The notes: a model not told the origin generated them from the letters alone. A DNA stretch of 64,000 nt from Candidatus Uhrbacteria bacterium (GCA_023246355.1 JAHFIQ010000001.1:17887-81886), one strand, 5' to 3'; positions 10,028-21,975 are shown, counted from the first letter of the stretch. Numbers and translations: made by a program.

Positions 10028-10831
10028 ATGAAACGTTCTCTCAACGGCGAAGAACTTCTTTGGGTCAGTTCAGCGGTCACCGCGCATCGAGCCTCATTGC
10101 GTGGTGAGCGACTCATCTCCTTGCGCACGCGCGTGAGTGAAGCGAAACGCACAGCCTTCTTCAACCTCTGTAGTCTCGCCGGTGGAATCGCGTGTGGCTT
10201 CCTGCTCTACATCAAACCCCACCAGATCCTGACCATGGGCCAGGCTGGAGAGTTGATCTTCATCTTCCTGTTCATGGGAGCCCTCGTAGCCTGCCTGTAC
10301 TCCCCGTTCTTCCTGATCGGGAGCCTCAACACGCTGTACAGGCATGCGGGGATCGTCTCCAAGCACGAGGGGCAGAATCGTCTCCCGGACGAGGAACACG
10401 AGGCCAACAACGCCCTCGGCCATCTGGCAATGATCGCCCACGAAAACGCCCTGTTCGTACAGCTGTGTCGTTGGCGATGGGAGGTCTACGAATCTCTTCG
10501 CGACAGCGGACAGATCGATCCTCACCCTGGAGGAGACGAAATCGAGGCACTGCTCGAACAGGCAGAGCACGAAATCAGTGAGGAGTTGAACGCGGTCAAT
10601 GGACTTCTACTCAGGCACAAGTACATGGACAAATCCGAGCTGGAACTGACCATCGAGAGAATCCTGTGGCGACCGAATCTCTTTGCCATCGGCAAGCGAC
10701 TCAGTCGAATGGCTGCTCTCGACCTGGACACGTTCCACCAGAAGATCGTGAAGGTGAACAGCTACAAGATCGAGGAAGATCCTCGGATCGGAGAGCTCGG
10801 CCACCTCTTGGAAACGCGCCTCGCCGCCTGA
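10028..10831 (+). CDS. hypothetical membrane protein
   Basis: ORF with two hydrophobic helices near the N-terminus; the start choice (MKRSLNGEEL) is uncertain. Confidence 0.45.
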   Translation: MKRSLNGEELLWVSSAVTAHRASLRGERLISLRTRVSEAKRTAFFNLCSLAGGIACGFLLYIKPHQILTMGQAGELIFIFLFMGALVACLYSPFFLIGSLNTLYRHAGIVSKHEGQNRLPDEEHEANNALGHLAMIAHENALFVQLCRWRWEVYESLRDSGQIDPHPGGDEIEALLEQAEHEISEELNAVNGLLLRHKYMDKSELELTIERILWRPNLFAIGKRLSRMAALDLDTFHQKIVKVNSYKIEEDPRIGELGHLLETRLAA

Positions 10832-11102
10832 CCTCTACGACTCACCCGCCCGCTCTCTCGAGCCTCGGCGGTTTTCTTTTTTCCACAGCCTTCGCGTTGA
10901 CAGAAACAGCACATTGTGATGAAATAGAAATACAGGTGAGGCATGTGCCTCCACATCCTGGTGTCAAATAAATCCCCCCAATTCAAAGGCCAAATGGTTT
11001 TTGATGTAGGGGGATTTTATTTTCCCCTGGATCAGGAAAACAGTGAGGACAACAAGTTCTGCCTAAAAATATTTATCAATTTCAACTCATGCACAAGAAG
11101 AC

Positions 11103-11129
11103 GGTAACAAGTTTTCGCAGGTGCGAAAA
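11103..11129 (+). repeat. 27-nt direct repeat copy 1 (GGTAACAAGTTTTCGCAGGTGCGAAAA) carrying the 18-nt palindrome TTTTCGCA-GG-TGCGAAAA
   Basis: 26/27 identical to the copy at 11673; read directly from the sequence. Confidence 0.8.
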
Positions 11130-11164
11130 AAGACTCCCCATCACCAACGCAACAATCGACAGTT

Positions 11165-11677
11165 ATGTACAGATCGCAGGAGCTAACTCATTTCCTACAA
11201 CTACTGGAAGAATCTGCTTTAGAGGCAAGCGAAATGTTCAGATTGTGGGCAAGTAGGCGTCCCTATCGTCGTGACCCTGAGGATCAATTAGCCGAGGAAC
11301 GACTGGAACAACGGCGAGCATTTCAGAAAAAAACAAAATATCTCCGCAGAAAAAAATTGATTCTCGCAAGGAAAACGGAAGCGGGATTGCTCTATGAGTT
11401 GACAGACGAAGGACGAACTGAAATTCTCAACAGATTAGTAAGAGAGAGATCGACTCTTCCCAACGGGGAAGTTTGTCTTGTTGTCTACGATGTTCCTGTT
11501 GAGGCAAGCCTCGGTAGAGACGCGTTGAGGTACTTTCTTAAACGGATAGGACTGACACGGGTACAGCAGAGCATCTGGCAGACGGATAAGGATGTCGTCT
11601 CAGAGGTTGTTGAATTTGTACGATCGGCAAAAATTCAAAAATGGGTTGAGGTCTATTATGCTAGGAAACAGGGGTAA
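11165..11677 (+). CDS. winged-HTH + Cas2-like (VapD/Cas2 fold) fusion protein, probable DNA-binding regulator
   Basis: 170 aa. The N-terminal half has a wHTH pattern (KLILARKTEAGLLYELTDEGR). The C-terminal segment LVVYDVPVE..GRDALRYFLKRIGLTRVQQSIW matches the Cas2 core motif (lvvYDv....R.klrk.l..yG.rvQ.Svf). Confidence 0.6.
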   Translation: MYRSQELTHFLQLLEESALEASEMFRLWASRRPYRRDPEDQLAEERLEQRRAFQKKTKYLRRKKLILARKTEAGLLYELTDEGRTEILNRLVRERSTLPNGEVCLVVYDVPVEASLGRDALRYFLKRIGLTRVQQSIWQTDKDVVSEVVEFVRSAKIQKWVEVYYARKQG

Positions 11678-11699
11678 CAAGTTTTCGCAGGTACGAAAA
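11673..11699 (+). repeat. 27-nt direct repeat copy 2 (GGTAACAAGTTTTCGCAGGTACGAAAA)
   Basis: Overlaps the stop codon of 11165..11677 and lies between convergent genes. Confidence 0.8.
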
Positions 11700-11810
11700 C
11701 TCGTTCCCACCGTAAGTCACGTGAACATTCGGTAAAAAATTCCAGATTTGTATCGGTGAATAAATGTTCCTGGCTTATGCCTGCCCCTTCGACTTGGCTG
11801 GGATCAGCTT

Positions 11811-12878
11811 CTAAGGAGCAATGGCGATGTTCTCTTCACTCCCCACGACTTCAATCCAGGTCACGCCTGCGTTCATCACGACCTCCTCACCGCTCACGCG
11901 GTCATAAAATTTCAATCGTTCACTTGCAGACGGCTTTCTCCAAGTTGCCTCGATCGCCTGTCCATCTTGAAACACATAGCCATCCCCTTCTCCCGTTGTC
12001 CGCACAGCTCGACGACCCACGCTGTCCAATATATCAATGTCTGTCATCACAACCGCCACGTTGTCTGCTGTAATCTGCGAACCCGTACTTGTCAGATGTG
12101 GCTCACCTGACTGCGAACGGACATACAAACCGAGTTCCGTGTCGTAACTCCAATCCGCAAAATAGATCGTTCCGTCAAAATCAACATGCAGACTCGACTC
12201 GCTCTTTGAGGGTTCTGGATCCTTAAACAACCACACATCGTAAAGTCTCTCAGGAACAACTCCCGCTTCTGTGCGCCGCGTCACAAACTCGTTCATGAGC
12301 GTTGTGGAAGTGAAGACGTTGTGTGGCGCAAAGCGATTCCCTGCCCGCCAAAAATACTCTCCCCACCAATATTGGTTAAAATCAAATGTGCCGCCAGAGG
12401 CAATCAAGTCGAGCGCGGCATTCGATCCTCCGACATGGACGTACAGGGCATCAAGTTCATTCGCCCAGTCCAGATAATACGGTCGAGCAGAGCGCACAGG
12501 ACCAATTTCTGCCACGTCTTCTTCAGAGGAAAAAAACGCGAGCAAACGAGGAATGGCTGCTTCCACTGGCGCCTCGATGACTAAAAACGCTTGGTCGATG
12601 CCAGACGGTGGCCAGGCATCTTCGTGGTTGTCGATCATAACCGCGAACACCTGAGGAAGTTCGACAAGAGGTGCGTAGATCGAAGCTCCAGTGAGTGGGT
12701 GTCGATACACAGCGTCAGAGGTTGTCTCTTGTTCGTCTGTTGGCTCTGGCGAAGATCGATAGACAAATTTAGGAAGAACAAGTGCCACCAGAATTGCCAA
12801 CCCCACCACAATAAGAAGACCGACCAACGTGAGCCGGTCGGTTTTCTTCAAGCGTTTGATGGCCTCCTTGAATCGCAT
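11811..12878 (-). CDS. DUF3048-like exported protein (YerB-like)
   Basis: Start set at the internal Met (MRFKEAIKRL..., signal/anchor helix), 1 nt after the rplY stop; 355 aa. Confidence 0.55.
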   Translation of the reverse strand: MRFKEAIKRLKKTDRLTLVGLLIVVGLAILVALVLPKFVYRSSPEPTDEQETTSDAVYRHPLTGASIYAPLVELPQVFAVMIDNHEDAWPPSGIDQAFLVIEAPVEAAIPRLLAFFSSEEDVAEIGPVRSARPYYLDWANELDALYVHVGGSNAALDLIASGGTFDFNQYWWGEYFWRAGNRFAPHNVFTSTTLMNEFVTRRTEAGVVPERLYDVWLFKDPEPSKSESSLHVDFDGTIYFADWSYDTELGLYVRSQSGEPHLTSTGSQITADNVAVVMTDIDILDSVGRRAVRTTGEGDGYVFQDGQAIEATWRKPSASERLKFYDRVSGEEVVMNAGVTWIEVVGSEENIAIAP

Positions 12879-12879
12879 G

Positions 12880-13587
12880 CTATTTCTTGTCAGATTTTTT
12901 TTCTTCCTTTTTCTCTGCCTCAGGAGCAGCACCTTCTTCACCTTCGGGCACTTCTTCTTTCTTCTTCTCAACCGCCACGGCTGTCACGTCCTCCACGACG
13001 GCTTCATTGAGCGCCTTCAACTCTTCCTCAGAACGAGGCGCGGTCACGCTCGCCACGGACAAGTGAAGATCATCCACGATCGTCACGCCTTCTGGAATGA
13101 TCAGATCGCTCAAGCGAATGACGTCCTCAAACGTCGTGAGCTTGCTGATATCCACTTCAATGTCACGCACCAATTTGGCTGGCAAACATTTCACCTTCAC
13201 TTCATCCACAGAGGTCATGAGTGTCCCTCCCAATGCCTTTACCGCCGGGGACTCACCAACGAACTTCAACTGAATCTCCGCTTCGATTTCTTTCTTCATG
13301 TCCACGGATTGAAAATCAACATGCGTGACTTCATCACGCAACGGCTCAGTTTGATAATCATGGATCAGAACATGCAAGGCATTCTTCCCATCGATGACAA
13401 GTTCAATAATGGAAGATTCACCAGCTGCCTTGTACATTTTGGCAAACTGGTTGCGATCAATCACGATGGACTGTGGCTGTGTGTCCGCGCCGTAGACAAC
13501 GGCAGGGACCAAACCTTGCGCACGAAGCGTGTTGGTTTTGCGGCCTTTCTGTGTTCGGGCTTGGGCTTCAAGTGTGAGGGTATTCAT
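12880..13587 (-). CDS. rplY: 50S ribosomal protein L25 / general stress protein Ctc
   Basis: Internal Met MNTLTLEAQARTQKGRK...; long acidic, K-rich C-terminal tail typical of Ctc-type L25. Confidence 0.8.
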   Translation of the reverse strand: MNTLTLEAQARTQKGRKTNTLRAQGLVPAVVYGADTQPQSIVIDRNQFAKMYKAAGESSIIELVIDGKNALHVLIHDYQTEPLRDEVTHVDFQSVDMKKEIEAEIQLKFVGESPAVKALGGTLMTSVDEVKVKCLPAKLVRDIEVDISKLTTFEDVIRLSDLIIPEGVTIVDDLHLSVASVTAPRSEEELKALNEAVVEDVTAVAVEKKKEEVPEGEEGAAPEAEKKEEKKSDKK

Positions 13588-13676
13588 AAAATTGATTTCG
13601 GCGACATTGTGCCGGGAGCGCCCCAAAAAGTCAAACCCCGCCAGGCAACAAGGAGCCTGACGGGGGAACGACCGGT

Positions 13677-14087
13677 TTACCGTGTCGCGGTTTGTTCCTG
13701 TACGTGTTTTTCTCGTTTTCTCACAACCCGAGTGACTTGATTACGCGAGGTCACACCCAGGGCCTGCTCCCAACGGGACGATTCAAAAAATCGGTGGATC
13801 TCGATCACGTCATCAATATGGACCACACGCTCAGATCGAAACCTGAGAGCATCTTCGTAACTCAGATCTGTGAGAAGCCCCACGGAGGAGGCACCGACCT
13901 GGTTTACGTGCACGAGTGCCAAAATGGCGTTCTGACACTTGCGGCATTGCACATGCAACAGGTGTGTTTCCCCTCCGCCAGCAAGCGCTCGAGCTTCCAT
14001 GGGGTTGTAACGCGTCTCGCAGACCGGACAAAACGAAACCAGTTTGAGTCCTTCGTTCCAGCGATCTGCATCAGAGAGTGTGGACAT
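13677..14087 (-). CDS. hypothetical zinc-ribbon protein (CPVC...CRKC)
   Basis: 136-aa ORF with two CxxC pairs, sitting between rplY and ftsW. Confidence 0.45.
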   Translation of the reverse strand: MSTLSDADRWNEGLKLVSFCPVCETRYNPMEARALAGGGETHLLHVQCRKCQNAILALVHVNQVGASSVGLLTDLSYEDALRFRSERVVHIDDVIEIHRFFESSRWEQALGVTSRNQVTRVVRKREKHVQEQTATR

Positions 14088-14096
14088 AGCGTACTC

Positions 14097-15245
14097 TTAC
14101 GATACCATACGCGAACTTGAATCAGCAATTGGTCGGGCAATGGCAATACTCTCGACGATGCCGATCAAGATGAGCATCGTGATAAGGGAAGAACCGCCGT
14201 AGCTCACCAACGGGAGCCCAATACCAGTCACGGGAAATAACCCAAGGTTCATCCCGATGTTGACGAGAAATTGAAGAAAGAAAACTGCGCCGCTCCCCAG
14301 CAGCAGGTAGCTCGTGAAGTCATCTCGTGAATTGATGGCGTGGCGACCACACCGATAAAAAAGAAACCCGAACGAACACAACACCAGTATCACGCCCAAA
14401 AACCCTAACTCCTCTGCGATGACCGCAAAAATAAAATCCGTTTGAGACTCCGGCAAAAACTTGAGCTGGCTCTGCGTGCCAAATCCCAAACCGCTTCCCC
14501 ACATCCCTCCCGATCCAATCGCAATGATCGCTTGGGTCACATTGTACCCTTGATCGAGCGGATCAAGACTTGGATCAATGAACGTCATGATGCGAGAACG
14601 CTGGTAATCCGCAAATAAGAAAAACCAACTGAAGACCAATAAGGCGACAAGCACGAGCACAATGGAAACAAGGTACCGCCACGGGACACCAACGAAAACC
14701 AAGAACAGAAACCACGTTCCCAGGAGTACAGACGCTGACCCAAAATCCGGTTCCAGCAGCACCAACACCACAGGCAATAAAACAATCAATCCGCTTTCCA
14801 TGAGGGAGCGCCATCGAAAAGGACGGCTGGCTCGACGGGCAAAATAGGTTGAGAGCGTGACGATCAGAGCAATCTTCATGAGTTCAACCGGTTGGAAACT
14901 CACCGGCCCCATCACAAACCATCCTTGGGAGCCACGAATTGTTTCACCAAATAAGAGCACGAGCCCAAGCAGCGCCGTGCACAGACAATACAGAGCCAGG
15001 GCATAATTTTGCAGGAGCTTGTAGTTTGAAAGTGCCACGAGCAAAAAACAGATCACACCTACAACCACAGCTACCAACTGTTTTTTCACGTGCAAAAAAC
15101 CAGAGGCTTCTTGTGATAGCTCAACGGAATAAATCGCAGAGAGACCTAACAACAGGAGCGTAAAGACACACAACAACAATAACCAGTCAGCTGAGCGAAG
15201 CTGACTCCACATGTGTGTGAGACGTGAGGGGCGATAGACACTCAT
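14097..15245 (-). CDS. ftsW: SEDS-family cell division/elongation protein FtsW/RodA
   Basis: 382 aa with ~10 TM segments and conserved SEDS motifs (GSGG.WGSGLG, PESQTDFIF). Confidence 0.8.
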   Translation of the reverse strand: MSVYRPSRLTHMWSQLRSADWLLLLCVFTLLLLGLSAIYSVELSQEASGFLHVKKQLVAVVVGVICFLLVALSNYKLLQNYALALYCLCTALLGLVLLFGETIRGSQGWFVMGPVSFQPVELMKIALIVTLSTYFARRASRPFRWRSLMESGLIVLLPVVLVLLEPDFGSASVLLGTWFLFLVFVGVPWRYLVSIVLVLVALLVFSWFFLFADYQRSRIMTFIDPSLDPLDQGYNVTQAIIAIGSGGMWGSGLGFGTQSQLKFLPESQTDFIFAVIAEELGFLGVILVLCSFGFLFYRCGRHAINSRDDFTSYLLLGSGAVFFLQFLVNIGMNLGLFPVTGIGLPLVSYGGSSLITMLILIGIVESIAIARPIADSSSRMVS

Positions 15246-16165
15246 TTGCGAAAAACACGCGTTCGAGTGTCCTGCGTGTTCTCCCCCGCTAATGGTTTAT
15301 ACACAGAAAGATCAAATAGATTGATGTCCAGAACGATCTCCACCTCGCTCACACTCGGAAGCGTCCCAAACCAGTTGAGGGTGACGTCCGCCGTCTCACC
15401 ACTGTCGAGCTCTGAGAGTGTCGCGCGATTGACGCCGACCACCGAGGAACCACGTTTCAACAGCACATAAAACGTGGGCTCATAGTAACTGTACGCCGTC
15501 TTATTGGTGACCGTGAAACTCGATCGGCCGTAGGCATCATTGTTTGCATTTACTTCTTTGGTGAACTGCGCGTTTTCTATCATGAGATTCAAATGCTCTG
15601 CTGCAAATGTTTCATAATCAGCAATCAGGTGATGATCCACGCGATGCCAGGTAACTTCCCCGATCACAAGCTCGGCCGTTGTCACAGGAACCGTGGATTC
15701 GTAAGCAAACTCGACCATGGCTTTTGACTGTGAAGGCAAAATGAATCCGGTTGCTGATTCTGTCACTCCCAAGTCTGTGTTGAACGTGTAGGAAAACTCA
15801 GCCCACCAGTCATCATTAGGATTCAAGAGCGTCGCATAGAGATCATAGCGATCACTGCCAATGGAAATCACCCGAGCTTCACCAGGTTCCAAATCATCCG
15901 CGTTATTTGCCACGGTGTACGCACGAAGATCCGACTGTCCTTGATCAATCATCTCAAGCACCGCGTTTGTTTCTTGATCGTAACTCAGCGCAAAGGCATC
16001 GAGCAGATGATAGAGCGCAAACAGAAGAATGACCGCGTCCACCGCGATGAATAGTCCATAGCCAACGCGACGCAACAAAGCACGGTGCTCGACCCACCAC
16101 AAGGAAAGCCGATACGTGCGCCGCGATTCTTTTTCTTCTTCCAGCAGAAGCCCTCCATTTTCCAT
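15242..16165 (-). CDS. hypothetical membrane-anchored protein
   Basis: 307 aa with one N-terminal TM helix; 4-nt overlap with the ftsW start. Confidence 0.5.
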   Translation of the reverse strand: MENGGLLLEEEKESRRTYRLSLWWVEHRALLRRVGYGLFIAVDAVILLFALYHLLDAFALSYDQETNAVLEMIDQGQSDLRAYTVANNADDLEPGEARVISIGSDRYDLYATLLNPNDDWWAEFSYTFNTDLGVTESATGFILPSQSKAMVEFAYESTVPVTTAELVIGEVTWHRVDHHLIADYETFAAEHLNLMIENAQFTKEVNANNDAYGRSSFTVTNKTAYSYYEPTFYVLLKRGSSVVGVNRATLSELDSGETADVTLNWFGTLPSVSEVEIVLDINLFDLSVYKPLAGENTQDTRTRVFRK

Positions 16166-16167
16166 AG

Positions 16168-18297
<2,130 letters not shown>

Positions 18298-18300
18298 GAA

Positions 18301-18328
18301 GGCGGGGCTTGACCCCGTCTTTGTTTTG
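18301..18328 (+). terminator. rho-independent terminator of gyrB
   Basis: GGCGGGG-CTTGA-CCCCGTC hairpin followed by TTTGTTTT. Confidence 0.6.
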
Positions 18329-18329
18329 A

Positions 18330-20160
18330 GGTAGAAAGCTTTGCCGAACGCGAGGTGTCGAGTTCGTCCTGAACGAATGATTCCCTGTTCGGCTCCTGAG
18401 TGACGAATCTGGTAGTGCTACAAAACGAATGAACAAGTGTCACTCTTCACTCGACGAGAGGTTCCATGTCGACCCAGTTCGACGAGGTCGACCTTGTCGA
18501 GTTCCAGTCTGACGTGGGTAGAAGTGCCTCATGGCGCTGCAATGTCTGTCAGACTTTATCAGGCGAACAACACGATGCCTTTACAGGCGTAGATCGCGGT
18601 GCCTGATTCTGTTGTGCGAGAAGTAGTTTGGCTTCGCGCCGTACCTCGGTATGCACGACTCCGATCGGACGAATCAACGGCTGTCTTCCAGCGACTTGCC
18701 CTCTGTCCGATCCAAGCTCGACGTAGCTTAGACTGTACAAAACGATCCAAGCGTTGTCGAGCAAACTGTGGACGTGTGCCTGGTTGTTTCCTACGAAGGC
18801 GTTCCTGTCCACTCAACTGCTGTACGATCCCGTGCCTGTCGAAAGACGAACCCACCGATGTACAGCACCGTCTGACGTCTATCGTGCTGACCGAGGTCGA
18901 CCAAGCCGATGTCAGACTCCCTATCGGACGACTACTACCTTGTCGAAAGACGGAGAAGAGTATGTCCAAATCTGTCGTGCGAATCCTTCGATGACCCTTG
19001 AGTCGAATCGGTCGTTGCACGACTCTTGCTGGACGATTGAACAGCTGCCTAATAGCGAGACATCGCGTGTCCAGCTTCCCGTGAACGATCACCGCAGTGC
19101 CTTCATGGCGAATGATCATGTGTTCAACACCGCTGCGCGAGTCAAGGTGTGTTGAAAGACGACTCCATGTCTGCGCAGCAACTCGAGTGACAAGCGATGG
19201 ACTGTTGAAAAACGATTCACCACGTGTCACTGACCCCATCGGGCGAAAGATGCAGTGGCGAGAGCCGCCGTGTGCTGTGCCTGATTGCAAGTGGACGAGA
19301 ACTACACTGCCCCTGGCTATCTGGCAGGTGTCAAGCCTCACTCGACGCAGGGCGACATGTCCAAACCCATCATTGAGATCAACTCGACTAGGATGGGCAA
19401 AGACGAAGTTCATGATGTCGAGTTTCCGTTGTGCGATCATCCGAATGACTTCGGTCGAAGCTACACTTGCACAACTCATGAGTGACGTATGAACGGCTGT
19501 TGAAAAACGCGTTGGCTAGTGTCACTCCTCCGCCCTTGGCTTCGGCCTTGGGTGTTTTATTTTGAACGACGTACTTGTGACCATATGGTCGAGAGTTCGT
19601 CACGTTCCAAATAGAGCGAAACATTGACATCTGTCCTCTTTCGGCGTAGTCATGAGGAGTCGGGCGTAGGAGATGTTGTTGAAAGACGACTGGTAGATGC
19701 CCGATTCTGCTGGACGATTTCGAGACTGCCATCTGGCGATCGTTGTGGTGTCCGGCTCCTGATGGACGAAGGTAGTCATGTCTTCGGACGATACTACACC
19801 TGTCCTTTTCCAGCTCGACGAATCATCCAGTGTTCACGGACGTGACGTACATTGTCGAGCCAACTCGTGGACGTGTGCCTGGTTGTTTCCAACGAAGGCG
19901 TTCCTGTCCGGTCTTGCCGAGCGAGGAGTAGCGTGTCGAAAGACGTAGGTCCATTTGCTCGGCCATCGAGTGAAGATTCGACTGATGTCGAAAGATGTTC
20001 CAGGGGATGTCACTCACTCCTTCGACGACCAGCCACGTGTCGCAAGACGATAGGCAAGGTGTCGAACAACTATCGGGCGAATCACGGACTGTCTCCGGAC
20101 GTCTGTAGAAGTGCCCGATTTCCAACCCTTGTCCCTTGGACGACCCAAGGGATTTTCTTT
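18330..20160. repeat. ORF-free ~1.8 kb region dense in degenerate short repeats centred on GACGA (TCGAAAGACGA / TGGACGA / TCGGACGA) and 43-60-nt diverged long repeats
   Basis: About 20 GACGA plus ~6 GACGT in 1.9 kb, against ~2 expected by chance. GUC-GAAA-GAC hairpins are frequent. 18768-18810 matches 19867-19909 at 42/43 nt, and the extended repeat is ~60 nt. The region is TA-depleted and CpG-rich, and no ORF has protein-like composition. Confidence 0.7.
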
Positions 20161-20296
20161 TTCTCTTAACCTAGCCAAAACGACGTAACCGGGTAACGAC
20201 TTTCATTGACACCAACGGAAGTTCCATGCTAGTTTGCGCCGTTGCTTTTCGAGCAACAAAACCCAAAGCCGACGGGCTCAAAACGTAGGTACCCAG

Positions 20297-21938
20297 ATGC
20301 GTTGCATCGGCATCCGACACCGTGTCAAGCAGACCAAGGACGGCGAAGCGCGTCCCACCCAGATGGTCATGTACGAGGACGACCAGTACACGAGCTACGA
20401 GCTGGAAGACGACAACGCCGAGCTCGACTTCGTGCGAGGCCGCTTCCCGGTCGCGTTCCGAGCCATCAACGAGACCGACAACCTCACGGACTTCAGCCCG
20501 CGGCACATCAAGTGGCGCACGGTGAGGAAGGACGAGGACACGAGCAAGCTCAATGCCGCGCACACGCGCAAGGTCGAAGGCAAGCTCCAGGTCGCGACCA
20601 AGGTGCCCACGAACTACGACGGCCTCAAGTCCGGCGACGTGGTGGGCATGAGCATGGGAGGCTCGGGCGACCGATTCGCCTATGCCCTCTCCAAGGTCGG
20701 CGAGAGCGTGGGTGCGACGGTCTACCGTCTTCCGCCCTTCGAGCTCAAGCGGATGCGTGTCGTGGACGCGAAGGACGAAGACGCGAAGCTCCTCGCCATC
20801 CTCGTGCGCGATCGTCGTGGACTCTTCCACGAAACGACGGCCGTCACTCGACGCATCATCAGCGTGCGTGAGTGCCAGGCCCTGCGAATCGACGCCCCTG
20901 AAGGGTCGGATCGCCTGCGAGCAGCGCCTGCAGAAGGCGATGATCGGACGCGTGTTCTGCACCGAGGGCGATTTCGCGGAGTTGGACATCGAGGCAGCGT
21001 TTGGTGAGATCAAGGCCAACGACCGCATCTACACGGCGCTCTCGGAAGAAGAAGGACAGCGCCTGCGCGCCCTGGACGCGGCCGTGAAGGAGACGGACGT
21101 GTGGCAGGAAATCCTCGACGACGTGATGGGCATCGGGCCCGCACTCGGCGGACGGATCATCTCGGCCGTGGGCGACTTCGGTCGGTTCATGGTCGAGCCC
21201 GACCAGGCGCAGATGGACGCCCTGTACAAGGAAAGCGTCCGGCTCGAACGCGAAGGCGGCTTCAAGGAGCTGCGCCAGTTCGTCCAGGAAGGTGACAACC
21301 CCTTCCAGACGCTGCAGCGCGTCGCCTCCTGGTGCCGCGCCAACGGCCGTCCCACCGAGGCAGCGAAGCTCGCCCGCGCGGTGCAGTGCCACGAGGAGCG
21401 CTCCAAACTCCGCCGCGACGCCCGCAACAAGACCCGCGGCAAGCTCAAGGCCTTCATGGGCGTGCACCTCCAGGTGAAGATCCACTGCGCCTCCTGTGGC
21501 AAGTTCCTCTCCGAGGGAGATCTCGTCGACAAGCAGACCGGGGAATCCAGTCCGCTCTGTCCCAAGTGCGGTGCCGAGTCGATCGTGTACGAGAACGTGT
21601 TCGCCAGGCGGCGTGGCGGCTCGGTGTCCAACTGGCATCCGGACGCGCGCCAGGCGCTCTACCTGCTGGGCGACCAGTTCAACCGGCAGAGCAACCGCAC
21701 GCGCTGGGGAGCCATGCTCCTCGACTACAAGGCGAAGTTCCGCGCCAAGCACCCGCAGGAAACGGATCCGGAAACCGGAAAGTCCCGTTACAGTGACGGC
21801 CACATCCACAAGATGGCCATGTGGCGGACGCTGACCAAGTTCGTGGAGTGGCTCGCCGATCAGTGGAGCGAACTGGTTCGCCGAGAGAGGCAGGCTGCCG
21901 CAGAGGCAAAGGTCAGCAAGGCCTCCATGAGCGCCTAG
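20297..21938 (+). pseudogene. TnpB/Cas12-like RuvC + zinc-ribbon protein with a +1 frameshift at the C4 tract (~20895-20898); would be ~547 aa if repaired
   Basis: GC3 bias passes from frame 2 to frame 0 at CCCC 20895-98. Motifs present: VVGMSMGGSGDRFAYALS (RuvC-I-like with S in the D position), VWQEILDDV (RuvC-II-like), IISAVGDFGRF..LYKESV (TnpB signature between RuvC-II and the zinc finger), CASCGK...CPKCG (OrfB zinc ribbon) and HPDARQALYL (degenerate RuvC-III). Confidence 0.45.
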
Positions 21939-21946
21939 CTCAACGA

Positions 21947-21975
21947 CCCCCTAGATTCACTCTAGGGGTTTTATT
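21947..21975 (+). terminator. rho-independent terminator after the GC-rich ORF
   Basis: CCCCTAG-ATTCACT-CTAGGGG hairpin followed by TTTTATT. Confidence 0.6.

Noticed and set aside
11103-11699. 27-nt direct repeats as a mini CRISPR array
   Set aside because: Only two copies, with a 543-nt 'spacer' that is a protein-coding gene, and no cas1 or leader. They are more likely operator sites or cassette boundaries.
18559-19479. 306-aa minus-strand ORF (and several 100-130-aa ORFs in other frames) across the repeat region
   Set aside because: R/S/T/G-rich junk composition with no codon bias, and mutually overlapping ORFs in multiple frames. They are explained by TA depletion (few stop codons) of the repeat sequence.
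18330-20230. Possible CRISPR array (many short repeated motifs, adjacent Cas12/TnpB-like gene)
   Set aside because: There are no regularly spaced identical 28-37-nt repeats with unique spacers. The units are about 25 nt, degenerate and irregularly spaced; it looks REP/BIME-like or structured-RNA-like rather than CRISPR.
20171-21809. Long minus-strand ORFs (285 and 316 aa) in the GC-rich island
   Set aside because: Typical antisense artefacts of high-GC coding DNA; the GC3 bias is on the plus strand only.
20297-21938. IS110-family transposase (DEDD + HhH) instead of TnpB
   Set aside because: GIGPALGGRIISAVGDFGRF resembles the IS110 HhH motif, but the following conserved Ser-containing segment is absent. 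The extended context (sIsDaGw..F...LYK, zinc ribbon, D..A motif) fits TnpB better. Kept as an alternative to test by HMM.
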